The notes below the pieces were generated by a model that did not search any database, had not been told where the DNA came from, and saw only the letters and a program-made list of their open reading frames with translations. Position numbers and translations under genes: made by a program. Below are positions 59,035 through 64,000 of a stretch of 64,000 nucleotides of DNA, in pieces. Source of the stretch: Selenomonadaceae bacterium UBA2897 (lineage in GTDB: Bacteria; Bacillota; Negativicutes; Selenomonadales; Selenomonadaceae); assembly GCA_002350105.1 (NCBI GenBank), contig DEDT01000041.1:4408-68407 (forward strand). Reading direction: 5' to 3'. Every line of letters starts with the position of its first letter. Within the stretch, counting starts at the first letter, position 1.

Positions 59035-60273
59035 TCACTTTTTGCGCTTCTGCTGTGCCAGTTCATTAGACAAATCATAAAAGAGTGACGTAAAGGCATA
59101 ATACTCTGTCTGCTGCTTCTTCGCCAGACGATCCTGCTCTGACAGAGCTTTATCTGCCTCCGGCACATCGATCAGGATCAGATGCTTCGTCAGTGGCTCC
59201 GCCGGTGCCGCTGCCTGTCCATTTGCATCGATTTCCTGCTGCGTGAGCCATGCCTTGTACATATGATGCTCCGTGGCCGCCTTGCCCGGATCCATGACTC
59301 CGTCATTAACCCCATACACATCCAGCGTAATCTTATTTGTCGGCTGTTCCCAGGACAATTCCTGCTCACCCAACGGTGTATTGATCCGCATGCGGTTGAT
59401 GTTTTGGTCCAATGCGTCATTACCGAACACGCTCGGCAGGACGACCTGATTATGTGCCTGCTGGAAAGCCGCAGTATACACGCTCGCGAGCAGCTGTTGC
59501 AGCTTCTGTCCTTTCTCTCCTGGGAAAATTTCATTCTTCGCGCGCGGGGAACGGAATGTCACACCGGTAACCTGATACGTCCTAAAAGTATTATCGGAAT
59601 TTCCGCCCGGCTTTAAAGCCTTCTCGACAAATTTATGAAAATCCTCGACCTTTGCCCGGAATACCATCTGCGTCGCAATAGCCTGCTCCGTAATATCCTC
59701 ATAGATGGCACGCTTGGTCTCGATACTGACCGGCTGCCCAATGGACTGCTTCGGTTCAAGTGTCCTGGCACCCATGGGGAGAATCGAAAGGAGGCGCATG
59801 CTCTTCTTTCCATCCGCTGCCATCACGTCTTCGCTTTCACTTACCATAGTCGTGCGGCTGACCAATGCCAGATTCAGGCCGCTGACGACCGTAGAAGCAT
59901 AATAGTCCACGCCCTGAGCGCGGGCATGGACATCAAAAGCCCGGTCGAGCGTAACAATCGGCATCAGCTCCAGCGAAAAATCGTTGGCAAAACTATGATC
60001 CGAACCCGTACTGTCCTGCAAGACCAACTGAAAGGGCAGCTCTCCATTCCCCTGCATACGGAGCAACTGATTCTTGATTTTCTGGTAAACGGCTAATTGC
60101 ACATCGCCACTCAATAATTCCTGACCGTCCGCTGCGCCCGGCATAGTAGCAAGAAAAGGTGCCAATGTAACCGGGACAAGCGATTGTTCCGCCGCCCGTG
60201 CTACACCAGCACCCTCCAGCATCCATACAGCACAGCATAAAACCGTCAGGCAGTAGGTGAGTAATCTCTTCAC
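59035..60273 (-). CDS. Exported protein of unknown function (412 aa)
   Basis: GTG start 7 nt after AGGAGGA. Signal peptide ...GAGVARA|AEQ. I recognise no motifs. Confidence 0.65.
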   Translation of the reverse strand: MKRLLTYCLTVLCCAVWMLEGAGVARAAEQSLVPVTLAPFLATMPGAADGQELLSGDVQLAVYQKIKNQLLRMQGNGELPFQLVLQDSTGSDHSFANDFSLELMPIVTLDRAFDVHARAQGVDYYASTVVSGLNLALVSRTTMVSESEDVMAADGKKSMRLLSILPMGARTLEPKQSIGQPVSIETKRAIYEDITEQAIATQMVFRAKVEDFHKFVEKALKPGGNSDNTFRTYQVTGVTFRSPRAKNEIFPGEKGQKLQQLLASVYTAAFQQAHNQVVLPSVFGNDALDQNINRMRINTPLGEQELSWEQPTNKITLDVYGVNDGVMDPGKAATEHHMYKAWLTQQEIDANGQAAAPAEPLTKHLILIDVPEADKALSEQDRLAKKQQTEYYAFTSLFYDLSNELAQQKRKK

Positions 60274-60321
60274 GATATTTCCTCCTGCCTTTGCACCAGC
60301 CTATACCATGACAGGCCTGAA

Positions 60322-61128
60322 TTACTGCGCAATCCCCATTTTCTGATCGAAGGCCTGCTCCTCAGCCTTGGAGACCTTGCCCGCATCCTTGAACTTCTTG
60401 TCCGCCGCCTGCTGCAGCTGCGCACGGGCTTTGGATGCCTGTTTCTGTGCATTGAGCAGAGACTGCGCCGCCTGCGCATAGGACATCAGTTCTTTTACGG
60501 TACTGACCTTGTCGCCCAGGCTGCTCGGATTAGCCAATGCCTTGGTGGACTGGCCGATAATCATCGAGGCATCACGCAGGGCCAGCGCGTTGTAGAACGC
60601 TGCACGGTTGCGGGAGACTTTGGCCTCATGCTGCAACGCTTTCGTCTGCTCCGTGATATCGGACTCCTTCATCTGATTGATCTGGTCCAGCATCATCTGC
60701 GTCTGATCCTTCGTCTCAATCGATCCAGACAAAGAAGTCTTCATGCCCTCCAGCGCCTTCGGCGTCAAGGAGCCCACATTGCCTAAGAGTGCCTGCTTCT
60801 GTTTCAGGTCAGCATTCCACTGGGCAAGGTTCGGATCCTTCACCAGTGTATGCAGCTGCACCGCCGAGTACTGCTCACAGTAAGCAGCGCGTACCAGATT
60901 GAGCAGCATATCCTGTTTCTTATTGGACATGGCTCCGAGATCCACATTGAGCTGCTGACCTATCGCCTGCTTAAGCGCTCCACCAAGATTGCCGAGCCCG
61001 AACGCCTCAGCAGACTGCATCCCCAATGTCGATGTCTGCGGCGACGTAATCCCTGCAGGATTCACGAACTGGCCACCGATCCCCAGCATGACGGCCATAG
61101 CAACGCTTGCCATTCCTTTTCTCTGCAT
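60322..61128 (-). CDS. Exported all-helical Gln/Lys/Ala-rich protein of unknown function
   Basis: SD AAAGGAAAGGA. Hydrophobic N-terminus with ...QSAEA|FG. The remainder looks like long amphipathic helices. Confidence 0.6.
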   Translation of the reverse strand: MQRKGMASVAMAVMLGIGGQFVNPAGITSPQTSTLGMQSAEAFGLGNLGGALKQAIGQQLNVDLGAMSNKKQDMLLNLVRAAYCEQYSAVQLHTLVKDPNLAQWNADLKQKQALLGNVGSLTPKALEGMKTSLSGSIETKDQTQMMLDQINQMKESDITEQTKALQHEAKVSRNRAAFYNALALRDASMIIGQSTKALANPSSLGDKVSTVKELMSYAQAAQSLLNAQKQASKARAQLQQAADKKFKDAGKVSKAEEQAFDQKMGIAQ

Positions 61129-61272
61129 AAAAATCCTTTCCTTTCTCTAAAATCCACCCTATAAAAATCTAATCCTCCTTTATTTTACTCCCGTTCAACA
61201 CAGCGCGTCAAGACACATGTCCCATTTTGCAACATATAACCATGCTTCAAAAAGAGACCACACCGTACATGT

Positions 61273-61988
61273 TCAACGTTTGCCAAACCACTGTGCCCAA
61301 TAATGGTGGCTGTTATCATCGGCTTTGTACACATAGGCTAATCCCATAACATTGTAATCTGGATAAAGGATATTGGCCTTGTGCGTAGGAGAAAGCATCC
61401 AGTTCGCCACTACCGTAACAGGCGAATTCGCTCCCCGCTGAAGATTTTCTCCCAGCTCAGCAAACTTACCGGCCTGACCGGATGGCACAATCGTATTGAA
61501 ATCACTGCCATCCGGACGCTGATGTGAATAATATTTCGCCGCTTCCTGCACGCGGAGCTCTGCATAATGATTGAGCTCGTCGTCCAAACGCAACGGTTTC
61601 AGACCCGCTTTTTCCCGCTCCTGGTTCACCAGATCCAGCACATCCTGGCGATAATATTTCTGATCAACGGCATTCTCGTCCGAGACCGCACCCAGAATAT
61701 GGAAAATCAGGCGATAAACCAGCGGCTCTTGTCCGGGATCCTGAAAGACGGCCCTGACCTCCACATCGCCCGGCTCCTTGAAGCGCAGGCGGTACTCCCC
61801 GTTCTTATAGCGGAATTCCTCTGCTACACGGGGGTTACTGACGATAAAGCGCACATTCTCCCCCGGATAGGCCCATACCTTTCCCGTCGTGCGAGTATAC
61901 TCACCCTTGAACTGCTCCGCCGCAAAACACTGCCAACGTTCAGCAGGCACAGACACACAACCAGAACCATCATAAACCATCTGCGCAT
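61273..61988 (-). CDS. CAP/SCP (YkwD-like) domain exported protein, interrupted by a 1-nt frameshift between signal peptide and mature part
   Basis: CAP motifs ... NQEREKAGLKPLRLDDEL ... HSHQRPDG ... SPTHKANIL ... The SD GGAGGA (61996-62001) serves ATG 61988, which opens a signal peptide in the +1 frame. The main frame runs 61273..61980. Confidence 0.7.
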
Positions 61989-62050
61989 AATATCGTCCTC
62001 CTCTCTTTTTGGGTTCTTATCCCCATCGTCCCTAAATGATTCCCCACCCA

Positions 62051-63307
62051 TTAATCCACTTTGACGCCAATGCTCCGCTCAACGTCGCGATAGAAATCAT
62101 TGAATACACTGCGCAGGGCATTGCCGAATCGTTCGGTATCATCAGCCGCATAATGATGCTGAAATATCGTCTGGCCTGTTGAGGCATCGACCAGGCGCAA
62201 TGAAGCTCCTACCTTATACCAAAAGGTATAATAGCCATAATAATCGTGGACGGATGTCTTATAATATTCCCGCTTGCCCTCATGGGAATTGCCATCCGCA
62301 TCGGTCCAGGTGAACTTTTTCGTTTCATCCAGATACGTACTGGTATCAGCATAGGGCGGATGCCACGTCTGTCCGCGCTGGTAGGTATCCACCGTACCGG
62401 TAACGTAATATTGCCCTGCATTCGGCGTATAATCTACCTTCACGCCTTTCATCCTGTCACCAGCCGCATCCTTGTAGGCATAGTAAATCGTCTTGATCGA
62501 GTATTCATCACGCCCCGCAGATGCCGGGAGGTTCAGGTTCCGAAAGCCAAGCGTCGGTGCGCCTGCTGCTGCCTCCTGCGGCTTATCGCGACGCAGGCGG
62601 CTCCAGTCCCCCGTGAAATTCTTGAAAATCTGATTGAGTGCGTGCTCCGTACTCCGCTCGTAATCCCGGTAATAGTCGATCAGCGTCAGCGTCTTGTTTC
62701 CCTCACGATCCAAAAGGGAAAAATCCATATCGAGCATGCGCAGGTTACTATCATGTGCGGGAATCAGATGACTCTCGTGCCACGAATGATAATTCAGCTT
62801 ATCCCGGTTGCCTTTCGGCCCATTTTTCTCATCATAATACGTCTCGATCTTCACCGTTGTCCATGTCGCAGGAGAATGATCGACGCGCACCTGATCCCAG
62901 CGGACATGCGGCAGCAGATATCCATCCGCTGCCGTCGCATCATAGACAGCCGCCGCCCGCTCCTTTTCCGTCGCAAAATGATCGCGCAGATGATCATACT
63001 TCGGGTTATCCCGCAGGATATGCTTCTTCTCCTCCAGCATAGGAGAGAACCCCATCCAATTCACACCCTTGCCGCGTTTGTTCAGGCGATCTAAAAGCAT
63101 CTTGTTATATTTCGGTGCAGTCTCATAATTGCCATCCTGCTCCTGAAGGTAACGGATGGGATAAACCACTACTTTCTTGTACTGGTATGGGAGGATCTCC
63201 GCATTCTCATCCATCCAGATATTCCCCTCTGCCGATGCCTGACCACTCCATGCCGTCAGGCACAGCGCTGCCCCTAACAGAAATGCGCCTATTTTCCCGC
63301 GCTTCAT
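62051..63307 (-). CDS. Exported Tyr/Trp/Asp-rich protein of unknown function with a CsgG-like C-terminal signature
   Basis: Start trimmed to ATG 63307 (MKRGKIGAFLLGAALCLTAWSGQASA|EG). C-terminal GASLRLVDASTGQTIF. Confidence 0.65.
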   Translation of the reverse strand: MKRGKIGAFLLGAALCLTAWSGQASAEGNIWMDENAEILPYQYKKVVVYPIRYLQEQDGNYETAPKYNKMLLDRLNKRGKGVNWMGFSPMLEEKKHILRDNPKYDHLRDHFATEKERAAAVYDATAADGYLLPHVRWDQVRVDHSPATWTTVKIETYYDEKNGPKGNRDKLNYHSWHESHLIPAHDSNLRMLDMDFSLLDREGNKTLTLIDYYRDYERSTEHALNQIFKNFTGDWSRLRRDKPQEAAAGAPTLGFRNLNLPASAGRDEYSIKTIYYAYKDAAGDRMKGVKVDYTPNAGQYYVTGTVDTYQRGQTWHPPYADTSTYLDETKKFTWTDADGNSHEGKREYYKTSVHDYYGYYTFWYKVGASLRLVDASTGQTIFQHHYAADDTERFGNALRSVFNDFYRDVERSIGVKVD

Positions 63308-63338
63308 CCCATCATCCCCCGTCTTTACCTTCCAATCT

Positions 63339-63947
63339 TCAGGCCGCCTTCTTGAATTTAGCCGCCAAATTCGTCGCTGCAATGCTAAGTGCTTTCTGTA
63401 CCGCATCATCTTCGCCACTATCATTTCTGGTTAAAATGGCGTTATACTTCAACTCGCTTTTGCGCCGCGAATCCGCCGTGGCGATAAATACGACCCTGCC
63501 TGTATGTGCATCGACAACGCGCATGCTCAGCTCCAGGTCAACCGTCTTATCCTTGCCTTTGAGCCCCAGCGCTCCACTCTGCGCCTTGATGCTGCTGATG
63601 TTCGTCAAATACCCATAGATGAGAAAATCCGCCTTTTTTTGCAACGCCGGATCAATCCTGCCATTCCCCAAATCATTGAACAGCCGAATCTCTTCCATGC
63701 GATGCTGTGTCGTTGCATCCGAAAGATCCTTGACCTCAAACGGAAAGGCCGGATCATTTAACTCAGTATACAAGACCCCAACCGGTATTCCGAGCATTTC
63801 ATCCTGCTCGATGTTCACATTTGTATCTGACACACGGCTCTGAAAGCCGACAATCGCCACGACCGGTTTCGCCGCATAGGCTGGTGTGCTGGCCACCAGA
63901 CAGAGCCAGCCCAAAAGCACCAGCAGGCCAAAGCATGCTTTCTTCAT
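63339..63947 (-). CDS. Exported CsgG/FlgO/LpoB-fold-like protein
   Basis: Start trimmed to ATG 63947 (6 nt after GAGGTG; ATGA overlap with an upstream reading frame that leaves the window). Signal peptide ...STPAYA|A. KPVVAIVGFQS ... ADFLIYGYLTNI ... LSMRVVDAHTGRVVF. Confidence 0.7.
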   Translation of the reverse strand: MKKACFGLLVLLGWLCLVASTPAYAAKPVVAIVGFQSRVSDTNVNIEQDEMLGIPVGVLYTELNDPAFPFEVKDLSDATTQHRMEEIRLFNDLGNGRIDPALQKKADFLIYGYLTNISSIKAQSGALGLKGKDKTVDLELSMRVVDAHTGRVVFIATADSRRKSELKYNAILTRNDSGEDDAVQKALSIAATNLAAKFKKAA

Positions 63948-64000
63948 ATGTCGCACCTCACGATTTCACCGCTGGAAACCCATTCTGGCAAAAATCCTTT

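Noticed and set aside
61824-62051. 75-aa ORF as an independent gene
   Set aside because: Only its middle part (from ATG 61988) is meaningful. That part is the signal peptide of the CAP-domain protein, displaced by a 1-nt frameshift, and the rest is out-of-frame read-through.

Overview
This is a 64-kb chromosomal segment that looks like a diderm Firmicute (Negativicutes, Selenomonas-like). G+C is high by eye. There are about 60 genes, and all but five are on the minus strand. A conserved Firmicute housekeeping backbone is present: secG-est-rnr-smpB; hpf ... secA-prfB; ftsE-ftsX-M23 peptidase-ctp; ssb, recQ, pyk, panCD. It is combined with outer-membrane-dependent modules: a MacAB-TolC-type efflux operon and a 7-gene exbD-tonB-PBP-TBDR-ABC-exbB iron-uptake operon. 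Also present are two polar amino-acid ABC operons, a csaB locus, a TPR/GT41 glycosylation operon and a MarR-HlyD-ABC-2 operon. I saw no rRNA, tRNA, CRISPR, transposase or integrase. The most interesting observations are: (i) at 55.9-64.0 kb, a visibly lower-G+C operon of eight exported proteins of unknown function, built from LPP20/FlgP-like and CsgG/FlgO-like modules, which runs off the window and is the best candidate for an undescribed envelope system; (ii) an unannotated 25-aa holin-like toxin ORF bracketed by convergent promoters and a 9+9-bp inverted repeat (type I TA candidate), next to a decayed hsdM; (iii) leader/attenuator-like elements in front of the pan operon and both amino-acid ABC operons; (iv) a CAP-domain gene separated from its own signal peptide by a 1-nt frameshift in a T4 run. 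All functional calls rest on by-eye motif recognition and none was verified by a database search. Many starts were trimmed relative to the ORF track using SD sequences and gene overlaps.
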